Shown here: positions 63,931 through 64,000 of the stretch, in pieces | How the letters are laid out: the number at the start of each line of letters is the position of its first letter | How positions within the stretch are numbered: position 1 is the stretch's first letter | Source of the DNA: an uncultured delta proteobacterium | Lineage (GTDB): Bacteria; Desulfobacterota; Binatia; JACPRU01 | Direction of reading: 5' to 3' | Length of the DNA: 64,000 nucleotides | Assembly: GCA_963745025.1 (NCBI GenBank) | Contig: CAVUWD010000016.1 | Span: 800,001-864,000, forward strand | Made by a program: the position numbers and the translations under genes | The notes under the pieces: model-generated | Told to the model about the DNA's origin: nothing | Seen by the model: the letters and a program-made list of their open reading frames with translations, nothing else | Database searches by the model: none

Positions 63931-64000
63931 GGTGTGTCCGTCGGCGGTTGCGGTTGGGGATCGTCGGTAGCTGGCGGGAGCGGAGCGTCGAGCAGCCGCT

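Overview
GC-rich bacterial chromosome window with a Deltaproteobacteria-like gene order. The lineage is possibly Candidatus Binatia, which is an inference only. Many indel frameshifts fall in essential genes, suggesting an unpolished long-read assembly. Bases 1-24 kb are housekeeping: leuB'-leuA (with a Leu-rich leader/attenuator), pssA, psd, ilvC, ilvN, DUF465, tsaB, rseP, cdsA, uppS, frr, pyrH, tsf, rpsB, rho, an RluD-family synthase, ribF, the tol-pal cluster, gap-pgk-tpiA-secG and tRNA-Leu(GAG). A ~36.7-kb genomic island follows (24101-60794), bounded by a 27-bp direct repeat of the tRNA 3' end. It is a mosaic of intact cargo (class III cyclases, FabF-like synthase, molybdopterin oxidoreductase, F420/flavin oxidoreductases, CoA-transferase, ABC binding protein) and many stubs (two tyrosine integrases, IS3/ISL3/IS256/IS91/IS1380, foreign tRNA att pieces, cyclase ends). 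The most striking feature is a 7-copy ~80-bp non-coding element seen only in the island part of the window. It contains a Xer/dif-like arm-7bp-arm core, several copies sit at breakpoints of other mobile elements, and one copy lies directly upstream of an uncharacterised, possibly rolling-circle Rep-like gene. This is a candidate undescribed site-specific gene-shuffling or mobile system. An efflux-type operon (HlyD, DUF2955, ion-channel domain) ends the window.
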